DNA of 64,000 nt from Mustelus asterias. Its lineage: Eukaryota. Both the position numbers and the translations under genes were made by a program. The DNA lies in the NCBI RefSeq assembly GCF_964213995.1, contig NC_135812.1:79670001-79734000 (forward strand). Reading direction: 5' to 3'. Positions 46,857 through 61,135 of the stretch are shown in pieces (within the stretch, counting starts at the first letter, position 1; every line of letters begins with the position of its first letter). A model generated the notes under the pieces. The model was not told the origin of the DNA and ran no database searches. It saw only the letters and a list, made by a program, of their open reading frames with translations.

Positions 46857-48440
46857 GGAGGTTTTTGAAAATGCCGACACACTACCCAACCAGCAACAGC
46901 AGGTGGCAGTGTAGAGCTAGGTGTGAGTGAAGGAAAGTTCTCTGATGTCACCCAAAAGCAACAAACCCTGCAAAAGGAAAATGAAGCTATTCCGCAGGAA
47001 AATGTGAACATCAGAGCTGATTTGGAAGAACTCACCCAGTAGCACAGCCAGACACAACAGCGGGCAGAAAAGGCTCTCAAATAGGGTCGCTGCCCTTTAA
47101 GATTGATTGGGCAAACCGTGCTCTGAATGATTCCACCCCCACCAGCAACCTTGCGCCCCAACCTGATAAAAAGAAAACAGGAAAACCTCCCACGGACAGA
47201 TGTGTCTCAGTTCAAATTGCAGAATTTCCATTTGGCTTATTTCCAATATACAGGGGCATAGCCCCATGGCAGGTGGTGCCCCTGGTGTTAATTTGAGAAT
47301 TTCAGGGTTCTGATTAAATGATAATGAGGGACAGTTTTAAATGTTGACGTCAGGATGGGATATGCATTGGGTGCTAACTCAGAGATGTCGGTATTTCTGC
47401 GTGCTTGCTACTCACGTCCTGCTCTGCAGTAACGGTGGTCAAAGTAAACGTGGTGAGTTGTGGTCACGCACCCTGTCGACAATAAGCATGGCAGTCACTG
47501 GTAGAAGTGGAATTGGGATTAGAAATTGCATGGTCTCTATCGCATGCATTGGGCAAAATTTCTGAATTGTAAATGGCATTCTCAAATATAGACATGTAGA
47601 TATTTATTCCCGACCTGATTACTGGGGTGATGGCAGTTAATACAGATGGCTGCTATGCATTTTTGGGTGTGCTGCAGTTTAAGCAAGATAGAAATTCAAA
47701 ACAAATCTTAACGCATTGAATACTTCCGGCTGCTTCACCTGGAACAAGTGTTGGTGTACTTCCTGCAATTTCCAACCACGAGCACAGGAAGGAACTGTAA
47801 AGCTATAACTGACCTCTAGCGGAGAAGCCTAGAAATCATGCTGCTTGAGCAATTTATTTACTTCAGTAACCAGTGTTCTAATTTGAAGTATTCTACATAA
47901 GGTTTTTGGGGAGGAAATCTTGCCATTCTTGCCTGGTCTATATGTGACTGCAGATCCAGAGCACCATGCTTGACTCTTAACGGCCCTTTGGAATTGCCTG
48001 GCATGCCTCCCACTTGTATTCAATGGGGACGGGGCGCACACAAGCACCTTTTTGCAAAGAATGAGGGATGAGCAATAAATGCTCACCTTTACCAGGAACA
48101 CCTACATCCATCCTCCTCCTGCAGGAACCATGCCCCAAGAGGGCATTGGCAAACATGGACTCCCATTGGATTGGCCCATGATGATGCTTGGCAAAGTACT
48201 GCAGTAGTTACCTTCTGCAAGGTGGCTAACCAGGAAACTCTCCCACTCTTTACCACCTGCCATCAGATGCATTGGATGGATTTACTGGCTGATAATTCGA
48301 CCTGTTTGGCCACATCGTGCATCCACCTTCCATGGCCATCAAGTCCTGAATGGGAATTGAACTTGGATCTTCTGGTCCAGAGGTAGGAACACTATTCACT
48401 GTGTGCCACATGGCCTGGCACCCACATCCACTACACCCTC

Positions 48441-48741
48441 CATGGTGGCACAGTGGTTAGCACTGCTGCCTCACAGCGCCAAGGACCTGGATTCAATTTT
48501 AGCCTTTGGTGACTGTGTGAAGTTTGCATGTTCTCCCCGTATCTGCATGGATTTCCTCCGGATTCTCCGGTTTACTCCCACAGTTCGAAAGATGTGCGGG
48601 TTAGGTGGATTGGCCATGCTAAATTTCCCCTTAGTGTCGGGGGATTAGCAGGGTAAATACCTGGGGATATGGGTGAGATTGTTGTCAGTGCAGGTTTGAT
48701 GGACCAAATGGCCCCATTCGGCACTGTAAGGATTCTATGAT
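48441..48741 (+). mobile_element. Family A SINE
   Basis: Head, core and tail present. Confidence 0.85.
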
Positions 48742-49175
48742 TGTCAGAAGGAATTTTTAAAAATAGTATAAAAGGAAATTAACTTTCTCAGTATCTGGGA
48801 AGAAACAGTTATCTGCCATATTTTCTACTCTATTAACTTTAACTGTATAAAATTCAGTTAGATATATTAAATTGCCTTTTCCAAAAGAAATTTAAAAATA
48901 ATTTTGCCAAGACAAAAAGTTAACAAATTTGGATAGTAAACATTAAATTTTAAAAAAACCCTTTTGTGTTTAATTTTGGTGAGAGGATTTTTCTGTTTTT
49001 AAGGAGAGTTGTGGCAAAGTAGCACTCTTGAATAAAAATCTGTTTAATTTTAAAATAAATTTTTATAGCGAACACAGCTCCCTCTGTGGTCGACTGAATG
49101 TTCAGCGCAGATCAGTAAATATAAATAGACTGAGCTTTTACAGGCTGAGGGATTCATTTTATGAATCTTCAGTGC

Positions 49176-49715
49176 TGTTGGGTCCATTCATTCGTTTGAA
49201 GAGATGAGGGGACTGCACTGGTACGAGTTTAAAATGGTTTTCTTTTCTTGAAAAGAACTTTAAAAATTAACATGACAAAAGCAGAAAGCAAACTTGGAGA
49301 CTAGTTTCTCGGTCAGACCCTCTACAAAAAAAAACATCTACTGAAATGAACGGAATCTAAGTACTGAATATACACACTCTAAAATCAAAATATATTTCAA
49401 CCCTTATCTCATTATTGGAAGTGTTTTTTGCATGCTGTTTCTGTCTAGAAAAATAATCCTCGCAGCTGTTGTTATGGGAAACTACTGTTTGCCTGCATTG
49501 TGTACCCTTCAGGAATGCAGTCAATTTTTAGCTAACCCATCATGCCTTCTGATTCTACATGTTGTCAAGCTAGCTACAATTGTTCAGCTTAGCAGAGTTA
49601 GTTAACCCCTACAGTCTAGCATTGAAATGTAATTGTGCATAGGCGGAAATATCTTCAAACGAAGCCTTTGCATGGACTGAAACAAAACAGGGCTACGCGG
49701 ACACAGCATCCCTCA
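49176..49715 (-). mobile_element. Solo LTR, same family as 34424-34950
   Basis: TGTTGGGTCCATTCATTC start, colinear homology, flanks AGTGC/AGTGT. Confidence 0.72.
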
Positions 49716-51229
49716 GTGTTCATCTAAAGGGAAAAGGTCAATTTCCTGGTTCAAGCGAGTGGTGAAATTCTCTGACCTGCCACTAGAGCATGTCAGAATT
49801 GTGCAATGCTTCTAATTTCTCGTTTCAGAATTTGAAGGCGGAGTGGATTCAGAAATGTTTGGAAACAGTTGTGCTTACGAAAGGATTAAGATTTACTTTT
49901 TAGGTGGGTATAGGGCAATCCCCTAACTTGTCAAAAATTCAGCCTGTGACATATTTTCTAGAATTTCTAAGCCTCCTGTAAATCTGTGTGTGTCTGTGCC
50001 ATGTTCAACAAAAAATGAAGCGGATCTGTCTGCACTCTGACAGCGGTGTAGCAATGGTAAATCTCAGATAAAGCCTGTTTGCAGCTCAGAACACCATCCT
50101 TGTCCAAAATCTAACTGCAGCAATCCCCAAAGAAAATAAGCCTTCACGTAAAGACGATTCCCTGGCATGTGCCAGGAAGTCTGAAGGGAAATGTAAAAAG
50201 CTGCATTTTAGCACATTGTTTGGAGTGCATAATATCTTTTTGGACAAACACAAAACAAGCAAACACAGGCCGGTGACTCGGGAAGCAACTGAAAACATGG
50301 TTACTGCTATAGGTACTCAATGAGCACTGGAAAAGTACTGTGATTTTTTTTCCCCCCCCCACAATCTTTAGTTCCACTTTCCAACCAATCTGACTGGTCC
50401 TTTCCTGACAGCCCCTGGTTCTGCCCTGAGATTGATATGATTGGTTCAAGCAGCCTCCTTACTCACCTGTCAGAATTCTGATGAACTCATTTGACCTTCG
50501 GTACAGTTCTCCGAATGATTTGATCAATTCTAATTGTCCTTTTTTTCATTCATCCATGGGATATGGGCGTCGCTGGCTGGCCAGCATTTATTGCCCATTC
50601 CTAGTTGCCTGAGGGCATTTGAGCATCAACCCCATTGCTGTGGCTCTGGAGTCACGTGTAGACCAGACCAGTTAAGGACGGCAGATTTTCTTCCCTAAAG
50701 GACATGAGTGAACCAGATGGGTTTTTTCCGACAATCGACAATGGTTTCATGGTCATCAGTAGATTCATAATTCCAGATTTTTTTTACTGAATTCAAATTT
50801 CACCATCTGCCATGGAGGGATTTGAACCCGGGTCCCCAGAGCGTTAGCAGAGTTTCTGGATTAATGGTCTAACAATAATACCACTAGACCATTCCCTCCC
50901 CTTGTTGATCTGATTGCTTGAAATGCCGGTTCAGTAATTGCAATGTACGTCCGTGGAGCTTGAACTAAATTGTGAATCTAACTTGTCTGGCGTGTGGGTT
51001 GAGTTGAAAATCTGACTTTTTAGACCATTGCTTTCCAAAGGTGAATATTTCCTGTGAAATGACAATATCACCTCCACAAACTGCAAAATATATAATTATG
51101 TTTGAATATAGATATTATAAGAAAAGGTACTTTTCCAAATTTTATTGGTGCTTAATTTTAATCGATGTGTAATTTGAAAGAGTAAAGTGGTTTTAGAAAC
51201 CTTTTTTACTGTGTATTCTTAATCTACCC

Positions 51230-51650
51230 CATATATTACAGCTACTGGACCTCCCATACAGTTCCCTATGTCAAAGAACATTACACAATGAATGACATTT
51301 GAAGTGCATTGCCTGATGTAATCTAACTAATTATGAGGATAAATGTAGCAACGATTCTGTGCCAGCAAGCTCCCTCAGTCACAAAACCACATGATCAGTG
51401 GTGTCTCTCGCTATTGGTTACGAGATGAATGCTTGGCAGCACACAGCAAGAACACCATGTTCTTTTTCTGCGGGATCTTCAGCCCTCTCCTAGAACCACT
51501 AGACCAGATTGAGTGGTTTAACATCTGCTGCGAAGGGATGCTGCCTCCCACAATGTGTACCGAGATGTCAGCTTGTAAGATAGAAGTGCTGTTGTGGATT
51601 CAAACACAGAATATCCCAACCACATATGCGACATTATCAACCGAATTTCA
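51230..51650 (-). mobile_element. Ancient Deu-domain SINE relic (SacSINE1/AmnSINE1-like)
   Basis: Reverse strand contains GATGTTAAACC, AAGATCCC and GGGAGCTTGCTG blocks in Deu-domain order. Confidence 0.55.
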
Positions 51651-54370
51651 AGAATGACATCTTGGAAAGTGCCTCTAACACCATAAAACATCCCAATGCA
51701 AAGGGCGGATGGTCAAAAGCCTGAGCCAAAGAGGTAGATTTTAAAGAATGTCTTAAAGGAAAAAGGAAAGGTGGAATGCTTAGGGAGGGCATTCCAGAAC
51801 TTAGGCTGCAGTTAAGCTATGGCTACCATTGATTGAGCAATTTAAAATCGGGGTCACTCGAGGCCAGATGAGGTGAGCGCAGATATCTTGGAGGTTTGTA
51901 GAGCTGAAGGGGATGACAGGGATAAGTAGGGGTTGTGTCTTTGAAGGGATTTACAAACAAGGACGAAAATGTTAAAATCCATGCATTACTTAACCAGAGT
52001 CAATGTAGGTCACCGATCATAGAGTAATGGGTGAACAGGGCGTTGTGTGAGTTAAGCCACTGGTTGCAGAGTTTTTGGTGACCTAAGGTTTTCAGAAAGT
52101 GGAATGTGAAAGGCTGATGTGTGCTTGGGAATAGTCAAGTCTCAAGATAACAAAGGCCTATATTAAGGTTTTAGCAGCAGATGAGCTGAGATGGAGATGG
52201 TCTTAGTGAAGGTGCGGCTTTGTGATCAGAAGCTCACCTTTTGCAAACAGTTTGGTTTAATCTCTCTTAATTGCCAAAGAAGTGGAAAGAGCTGGGAGCT
52301 AGGGAACAGAGTTGTAGTGGGGTCTCAAGAAAATAGCTTTTATCTTTCAAATATTTAATTGCTCATTCAGTACTAGATATCATACAAGCAACTTGATCAT
52401 TTTGGAACAATAACAGAGTGGAGAGAGGTGGTATTGATGTCGAGCAAGGTGTCGAGCCTTGCCTGTGAAAACTGAAGTGGTGTTTTTAAATGAAATCGCC
52501 GAGGAGCAACATGTAGGTGAGAAATAGGAATGGTCAAGGATAGATCCTTGGGGGACACCAGAAATAATGGTATGGGAGCAGGAAGACAAGCCATTGCATG
52601 TGATGCTCTGGCTTCAGTGTTGCCATGTGGTTCTGCAAATGGACAGCACTTACTGAATAATTCTGAATATGCTAATAGGTACACTAGCAGCCAATTGTAG
52701 ATAATCAGCCAAGCTCATCATCTGCTTCATTTATACCCGCTATAAGTGGTGTACATTCACATGCAGCAACCCAGGCTCAACAAAAAAAAAATGCGTTCCA
52801 ACGTTTTACCTTTCTAGAATTTTCTGTGAGCTTGGGGCCAATAATTCCCTGTTACTTGGAGTTGACTCACCAACCAATCAACATCCTATTGTCTAATAGT
52901 ATAAATTGTTGTGATCGTTTACAATTCAACATCCCGGCATTTGGCCTGATGGGTGCAAGACAAAAAACTTCTGCGATATGTGTCTCTTTTCAGCAAAATT
53001 TCTTTAATCACTTTAAATTTATGCCCACTTCAGGAAGTTCTGAGTAACCTTGTCAAATGGGCCAATTTTTGGGGAATTAAGTTTTACATTTAGAAATGCA
53101 TCATCGTGTGAATCAGCAATACTTGATGTCCATTAGCACCCAACTATACAATACACGATTCCCCGCCCCACCCCCTTGAAGTTACTAAAGATTGAGATTA
53201 CTTTGGAATCCATATCAAAACTAATTAAAAGTGGAATGTGCATAGTCAACAAGCAACCTCCAATGCACCCGAAATACTTGGGTTCGTGAAATAGAACTTC
53301 TTTCACTTTTCAGCAACAGTAATGGGAATGCTGAACCAAACACTACTCAGATCACAACCTGAGAATGACATAACCATTTGCAACCCATATATTGCCAAAA
53401 GCATTACCCTCCTCGAGAAAGTTCAACACTGGGCAGCTCACTAGTACCTCCTAGTTGAACACATCGCTAGGCTGGCACAAGCTCTAGAACGGAAGGAAGA
53501 CCCACAAGTTGACATGTCTCTATAAAGCTTTGAAAGGACAATTAAATACAATACATCAAGCCCAAAAGTGATCAAACTCAAAGAATTATAACCAACAGAT
53601 CCAACTGTATACACCAGCAACATGCATCTTTAGCTAATTCCTTTCTCCCAAGAACAATTAAGCACAGGAAAAAGCTTCCAAAAATCCTCGCTAAGAATTA
53701 ATTAGAGGAAAATCTGTTGAGTGTTAATTAATGTGACCATTGATTGCAGGCATTGTGCGTTGCCTGTGAAAATTACCTTTCTGAGCACCAAGTGGCCCCT
53801 GCTTAGACCACTGAAAATTGCTTCCTTTTATTTCTTCAATCTAAACCCTTTTTTGATTTTAAGGAGCTATCAAATTTCCTTCGTGTTCTTTGCTCTAAGG
53901 AGAACCAGCCTAGCTTCTCCAGTCTGCTTTACCTTAGTCATAATCATACAGGGTGTCATTTGTGATAAATAAAATGCTTGCTAGATAAAGAATGCTCCCA
54001 GCTGGAGATTTCTATTTTCAATGTTATATCACGCACATGTTTTTGTTTACCAATTTCCTCTCATTATACATGTGTACAATGGAGAATCAGTTTCAGCAGG
54101 CTGTCGATTAACACTCACAAGAGAGACCTTTTGTAGGCGTCTGTTTTAAGAAGGAGCTGACAGAGTGTCGGCAATGTGATCCATAGCACTTGATATTTAC
54201 ACTGAAAATGACAGATATTTAATACACTGTGTCTGGGATACCAGGTGGTGAAATACCTCAGCACTGGGGAGCAAGGAGCATGAACTTTACTATCACACAC
54301 ATGCTTTTTGATATATTATAGGTTTTATGGGTTTTAACATTTCTAAAGTCGGTGCTGTCAACTTCTGCAG

Positions 54371-54712
54371 GGGAGGCACGGTGGCACAGTGGTTAGCACT
54401 GCTGCCTCACAGCACCAGGAAGCCAAGCTCGATTCCAGTGACTGTCTGTGCGGAGTCTGCACTTTCTCCCCGTGTCTGTGTGGGTTTCCTCCGGGTGCGC
54501 CGGTTTCCTCCCACAGTCCAAAGATGTGCAGGTTAGATGGATTTGGCCATGCTAAATTGCCCTTTAGTGTCCCAAGATGTTAAATTAGGGGGATTAGGGG
54601 GGTAAGTGTGTGGGGTTATGAGGATAGGGATGGGTAAAATGCTCTGTTGGAGAGTCGGTGCGGTCTCAGTGGGCTGAATGGCCTCCGTCTGCACTGTAGG
54701 GATTCTATGATA
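54371..54712 (+). mobile_element. Family A SINE
   Basis: Full-length match. Confidence 0.87.
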
Positions 54713-55316
54713 CATAGCGGATTTAATTAATGAAATGTAGTCAAGGATCAAAGCCTCCACCGCAGCAATTTTTAAGGAAAAGGACTCCCTTTAGGATTTT
54801 AGGGTGATGGGGATTGGGGGAGGTTCTGGGAGTAATGACAATAGGGGAAAACTACTATATGCCTTATAGATGCTGGGGTAAATTTTCCAGTCCTTCTCGC
54901 CACGGGAATCGTTGAGGGCAGGACAGACAATTTGATGGACCATTGAAAGGTTTGTTGGGTGGGAATTCCCAGTCTCGGAGCAGGCGGGACCTAAAAATCC
55001 TGCCAATTGAAAGAACAGGGCCTCAGAAATACAGGAATGGATTTTTCTCAGCAGTGTTTTCGTTGCTGGGGGTTGATGAGAGTTCCATGCCAGGTGACAG
55101 ACCAGAAGCAAATCCAGCCTATTGGGTTGGTAATGTAAGAGATGTTCTAATTGAAGGTTTAACTTAAACCAGACAGGTGATGCCTGCAGAACTGCCAATT
55201 TGTACATTTGTATCGACATGAGGTTTTAATTTGACTGTACATGAGTGTACAAAGTCAAATTATTCCATTATGGTGCTGAGGTCTACTCGAGATTTGCCAC
55301 GAGCATTCAATGAACT

Positions 55317-55633
55317 TATAGAATCATAGAATCCAAACAGTGCAGAAGGAGACCATTCAGCCCATCGAGCCTGCACCGACAACAATCCCACCAAGGCCCA
55401 ATCCCTGCAAGCCCACATATTTGCCTTGACACTAATGGTCAATTTAGCACGGCCAATCAACCTAACCTGCACACCTTTGGACTGTGAGAGGAAACCAGAG
55501 CACCTGGAGGAAACGCACGCAGACACGGGGAGAACGTGCAGACTCCACACATACAGTCACCTGAGGCCAGAATTGAACCTGGGTCCCTGACGCTGTGAGG
55601 CAGCAGTGCTAACCACTGTGCCACCATGCCACC
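55317..55633 (-). mobile_element. Family A SINE
   Basis: Full-length match. Confidence 0.87.
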
Positions 55634-57563
55634 CAGGTGGCAGGTGTGCCCATCCAATAGTAAAGCACAATTTTTTTTTGACAGCGAAGGAATACATTTT
55701 TTTAAATCAGGTAACGTGTACCAAAAGCCTAGAGAAGGAATCAAATCCATCGGACTATTATGAACCTGAGTGATTTGTCAATAAATAAAAGATTATTGTT
55801 GGCGTCTCATTAAATTTGATTGCTCACCTACAATCTCTGAATTGTTTGATGAGCTTTGGTGAACAATATGCATAATTGAGGTGATGGCACCATTTTCCGG
55901 TTTTATAACATAAATACATAGTGTAAACAAGACTGGCTGCTGTGTATGATCCAATCTTTCCCCGCATAATTTTGACAAGTTGGATCATATCATTAAGCAA
56001 AGCCAAATATCATGTTATTGTTATCACACCTCCTGGAACAAAAAGTTGATCTAAATAAAATCACTAGGCCCATAATTTAGAGTTGTTTCAACAGAGAAAC
56101 CTATAATAAAGTTGAATGTGTGGAAATATATATAGTAATTAGCTCACAAATTTAAAAAACCTACAATCTTTGAAATGCCCACACACTACGAACGCACCAA
56201 CCCCAGCTATTAAGCTTGAGCCATATAAATAATGCTCCAAACAATCCTTCTTCATGATGTGGGTCTCCTAAACGGTGTGCTTTGGCTCTTCATTTCATTT
56301 CCTAGTTGTAACATTCAAGACCAAATTGCGAAATGGATTTGTGGCAAACAAGAAGTTATTGTAAGGACCCCGGGGAATTAAGCATACAATGTAGTTAATA
56401 TAAAGCCACAGCTAGATTCCTTCAATATATCATTACAATTTCAGTCATTCCCACTGTATATCTCTTTCTTTTCATTCATGGGATGTGGGCATCGCTGGCT
56501 GGGCCAACATTTATTGCCCATCCCTGGAGTCATTTAAGAGTCAACCACATTGCTGTGGGTCTGGAGTCACATGTAGGCCTGACCAGGTAATGACTGCAGA
56601 TTTCCTTCTCTAAAGAACATTAGAGAACCAGATGGGCTTTTAGAACAATTGATAATGGTTTCATAGTCATCATTAGACTTCTAATTCCAGATTTTTATTG
56701 AATTCAAATTCCACCATGTGTCATAGTGGGATTTGAACTTGGGTCCCCATAGCATTACCCTGGGTCTCTGGATTACTAGTCCAGGACAATACCACTAGGC
56801 TACTGTCTCTCCCTTATTCCTGCATTTGGCACACGTATCATTTTTCGTATCATTTGTTATGGCTTATGAACAAAATAATAAAGCACCACTGTAAAAATGC
56901 TTAGAGATTGAATGACAATGATGAATCTCATGATGTGTGGTCCATCCGATGGGGAATTTTGGGTCAATTATTATTTTTGCTCTTTTTGTCTCATGCTGAA
57001 CAATCATTGATCTAATTAAATATACTTATTCACATTTTATCATTTGCCATTCCTCAAATGATCCTTGGAACATAATAACATGCAGACAGAGTTGATTTTG
57101 CTTCCCAGTTTAATAGCGCGCGATAGGAAAATGGACCAGACATGGAGTGATTAAAATCACTTTCCAAGATACTTCACACTTAGTAAATTATTGATTACTA
57201 CAGCAGTTTAGAAATTCAGATGCTGAACATTATCCAATATAATGAACTTTATTTAGACAAGAGACTTCTCTACAACTATTTAAATAAACATCTACATATT
57301 GACTTTTAAAACTGAAAATTCTAGCCTTGATTTATACTGGGAACAGCAATTAGATGGGCAGGTTAGAAACATGAATAATGGCAGGAAGTCACCAGCCAAG
57401 ACCAAAGGGACATTTACAGGAGGAAGGATGAATCACCGGGTGGGGTTCTTTGGGGATGATTTTGTAGAAAAGGAGTGGAGGGAGCTTGGAGTAGGGGAAC
57501 CTTCAATTCCTCTGTGCTGTGAAAAGAAAGTAGCAACAAGAATGCTTTGTTTTTGAAAACATT

Positions 57564-58467
57564 GGGTGGGATTCTCCCAAAAAAATTCAAAGTGTCGAAT
57601 TTGCATAGAAATTGAAGTAAATCCTGTTGGTTTTTTAAGTGGGATTTTCAAAATGAATCTCCCTCACTCTGTGCAACGGAAGAGTGGGCCATCATCAATC
57701 TCATTAACAATCAGGAGCTGGGGCCTATTCCCGTTGGAGAGGCCAGCAGCATAGCGCTGAGCAGGCGCATGCGCATTAGCCCTCACTGCCAGCCTCCCAA
57801 TCACTGGCCAGCTCAATTGCTGGCCAGGCCCATGACCCTGCATTACAGGCCATGTGAGCCGCACCCCCCTCTCCCCCCCACCACACAATCACTGGCCCCC
57901 GCTAAACGTGTCCTGGCCAGCCCCGACCACCCCATCCCCCCCACCCCGATGGCTTCCCTCCCTCTGTCACCGCTGAGTGCAGAATGGTAGCAGGACATCC
58001 CACCCCCACCGATCACCACTCACAGAGGCTCTGCCCGATGCCCAGTGGGGAGCGCCACTTTGTCTCTTGGGCTGTGCCAGGGGACAGGATGGCACTGCCA
58101 GGCTGGCAATGCCCAGGGGGCATCCTCCTTCACCCCCAACCTCCTGGAGGGCCTCCATGACCCCCCTTTGCTCCAGCGGGGTTGGGTCACCAGCTCCCGG
58201 CAAGTGGGAGCTGCTGTAAACCCCGCTGGTGTGAAACACCCCTGGCCGGTGGGGGGGGGAGGGGGGGGGGGGGGGACTTCAGTCCCAGGCCCGCTAATGA
58301 TAGGCAAATTTCAATTTAAATAAATTATACAGCTGCACACCGATTTCTGGCTCGGAGCTGACATCACCGACAGCAATGGCGTCCAGTGGGAAGCCCGCTA
58401 AATGGCCTCCACTTAAGTCTTCCAGCCCACTATGCCAGCAGTGCAGTAGGAAGGGAGAATCTTCCCC
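57564..58467 (-). mobile_element. GC-rich MITE (PIF/Harbinger type)
   Basis: TIRs GGGTGGGATTCTCCC / GGGAGAATCTTCCCC, flanks ATT/GTT, reverse homology to 13881-14472. Confidence 0.7.
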
Positions 58468-58558
58468 GTTATGTTTGGGTCCATTTTGTCCTTGGGTTGC
58501 CTTTCCCATCTATCTGGTGGGAAAGGCACAGCAGCAGCTGCTTCTTCACTCAGGCCAG

Positions 58559-58854
58559 GGACGGCACGGTGGCACAGTGGTTAGCACTGCTGCCTCACAG
58601 CGCCAGGAACCTGGGTTCGATTCCCGGCTTGGGTCACTGTCTGTGTGGAAATCTGCCCGAATGTGCGTGGGTTTCCTCCCACAGTCCAAAGATGCGCGGG
58701 TTAGGTGGATTGGCCACGTTAAATTGCCCCTTACTGTCAGGAGGACTAGCTAGGGTAAATGCATGGGGTTATAGGGTTGGGGCTTGGGTGGGATTGTGGT
58801 CAGTGCAGACTTGATGGGCTGAATGGCCTCCTTCTGCACTGTAGGATTCTATGA
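58559..58854 (+). mobile_element. Family A SINE
   Basis: Head, core with internal deletion, tail. Confidence 0.87.
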
Positions 58855-60173
58855 TAAAGTCACAACTGGGATCTGGTGATGTTGTTGGCATCAATTATTA
58901 CATTTATGGAGAAAAGCTCCATAGTGGGCATCCTTGCTGCCTGCTCAGAAGAGTGGGTTAAAATGCAAATAAACAATGAGGTTGTAGTAGGACATCAATG
59001 GTTAGGTTAGCTGCATGATTCCATGTCCTCACCTGCCACCACCTCTCTGGTCTCATGCAGCATATTAAATTGGCCGAGATATAAACAGGAACAGTAATTT
59101 TGCCAAATTGTCAGCAAAGTCTGATTAATGTTTTTGTTTATGTAGCACATTTACATGCTAAGCTTTTTGTGCAATCAATTACTTTTGAAATTAATTTGCT
59201 TTTGTCACCTCATCACAGATGACAATTATTTTGCATCAATGCTCCCCCCACCAACAGCAATAACATGACGTTTTCACTGTGGTATCTGGCTGAAAACTAA
59301 CCACCCTCTTCTGGGGGAGGTTGTGGAATTTCTCCATATCTGTTGGCAATCTACAAGTTACATATCTTTTACCGAGAACATGACAGATTGTAAAGTTGAA
59401 CATTAAAAATGAGGTATGTGAGATCAGGACATCGCATGAGAAAGAGTTGGACGTAAGAAAGCATGTGAATGAAAGTAACTACGCTGGGATGCTTTACGCT
59501 TCATTTTATTGCAACTTAATTCATTGTAAATTATTGTTGCCAACTTTGTTGTAAAATGGCTCCCTGTGTTCTGAGAAGAAGCCTTAATTGTATCCGACTT
59601 AAGGAAAGTTGATATTGTTAATATGGGCCAGTACTATTGTCAATGGCTCTTCAATACATATTCTCTGTCTGGATAGTTACAGTAAGTGACATCAATGCCT
59701 GGGAAGTTTTGGAATGTAGTTTTAATTTGGTTTATTTCCATACTATACTGTACTTGTTGTTCAGGCAGTGATTACAGTGCCAGCAGTGTCTTCCTGCAGT
59801 AGCTTTAAAACTGGTGTTCAGTACAGTGAGCAGTGTGTCTTACCAGCTGCTAGCATCTGTGAGCAAATTCAACGTGACCAGAAACATACAGACCTCCATT
59901 TCATGTGCGGGCTGACACTTGGAAAGATTGCCTCTTGCTGTGGTCCCAGGAAAGTTGGCCGAGTCATCTTACGATGATCTGGCATTTGAACAAAAAAAAA
60001 ATTACAAGCTGCTGTTTAGACCAGGAGACGCCAAGTTGGCTAAGTTGTTTCTCTGTTCGAAACCCACAGCAAAAGCGGATTGTGTCACACTGGGATCTTT
60101 GAACAGATTTGGAGAAATGTTCTGCTGCAGATCAGATTATATTTCTTAAAAGCTGAAGCAGGCTTTCCACCAG

Positions 60174-60865
60174 GATCATAGAATCCCTACAGTACAGAAA
60201 GAGGCCATTCGGTCCATCGAGTCTGTACTGACTACATCCCACCCAGGCCCTATTCCCATAACCCCACACATTTACCTTGCTGATCCCACTGATACTAAGG
60301 ATCAATTTAGCATGGCTAATCAACCTAACCCGCGCATCTTTGGAATGTGGGAGGAAACCCACGCAGACACAGGGAGAAAGTGCAAACTCCACACAGACAG
60401 TCACCCGAGGCTGGAATTGGACCTGGGTCCCTGGCACTATGAGGCAGCAGTGCTAACCACTCTGCCACCATGCCACCCCATCCCCAAGGATGTTCGGGGA
60501 AAAAAATTAAAATCACAATGCAAGACTGACTGGTTTCAGTTTTTACATAAAATTTCTACAGTGCAGAAGGAGGCCATTTGGCCCATCGAGACTGCACCGA
60601 CAACAATCTCATCCAGGTCCAATCCCCATAACCCCATGCATTTACCCTAGTTAGCCCCCCTGACACTAAGGGTCAACTCAGCATCGTCAATCCACCTAAC
60701 CCACACATTTTTGGAGAGTGGGAGGAAACCAGAGCACCCGGAGGAAACCCACACAGACACGGGGAGAATGTGCAAACTCCACACAGACAGTGACCCAAGC
60801 CGTGAATTGAACCCGGGTCCCTGGCGCTGTGAGGCAGTAGTGCTAACCACTGTGCCACCGTGCTG
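60174..60865 (-). mobile_element. Two tandem family A SINEs (about 60174-60478 and 60547-60865)
   Basis: Two full head-core-tail units. Confidence 0.87.
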
Positions 60866-61135
60866 TTCCAATGCAATGATAATGAACCAAACAAATATGA
60901 TTGGCCAAAGAAAAAAATACGTTTTTGTATATTGAAGTAATAATAAAAATGCAGTAAGTTTAAATGAATGTACATTATTTAAGTTAGATCTGGTGGATAC
61001 TCTCCAGGTCAGGATGTGAAGGGTTAAGCTGGAACTGGAGACTATTATCACTCACAATAAGATGTAGAGAAACACTTAACAGGGGAGAGAGTGATGCAGA
61101 GAGGATCTGAGATAAGTCAGCATAGTTTTGTTTTA

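Noticed and set aside
34424-49715. Single 15-kb LTR element bounded by the two homologous LTRs
   Set aside because: Each LTR has its own flanking duplication, and no PBS or gag-pol lies between them.
59880-60150. 76-aa ORF with SSYDDL as a second receptor tail
   Set aside because: Context (PGKL..SYDDL..F..RN.Q) looks like a decayed Gypsy gag; no convincing splice acceptor.
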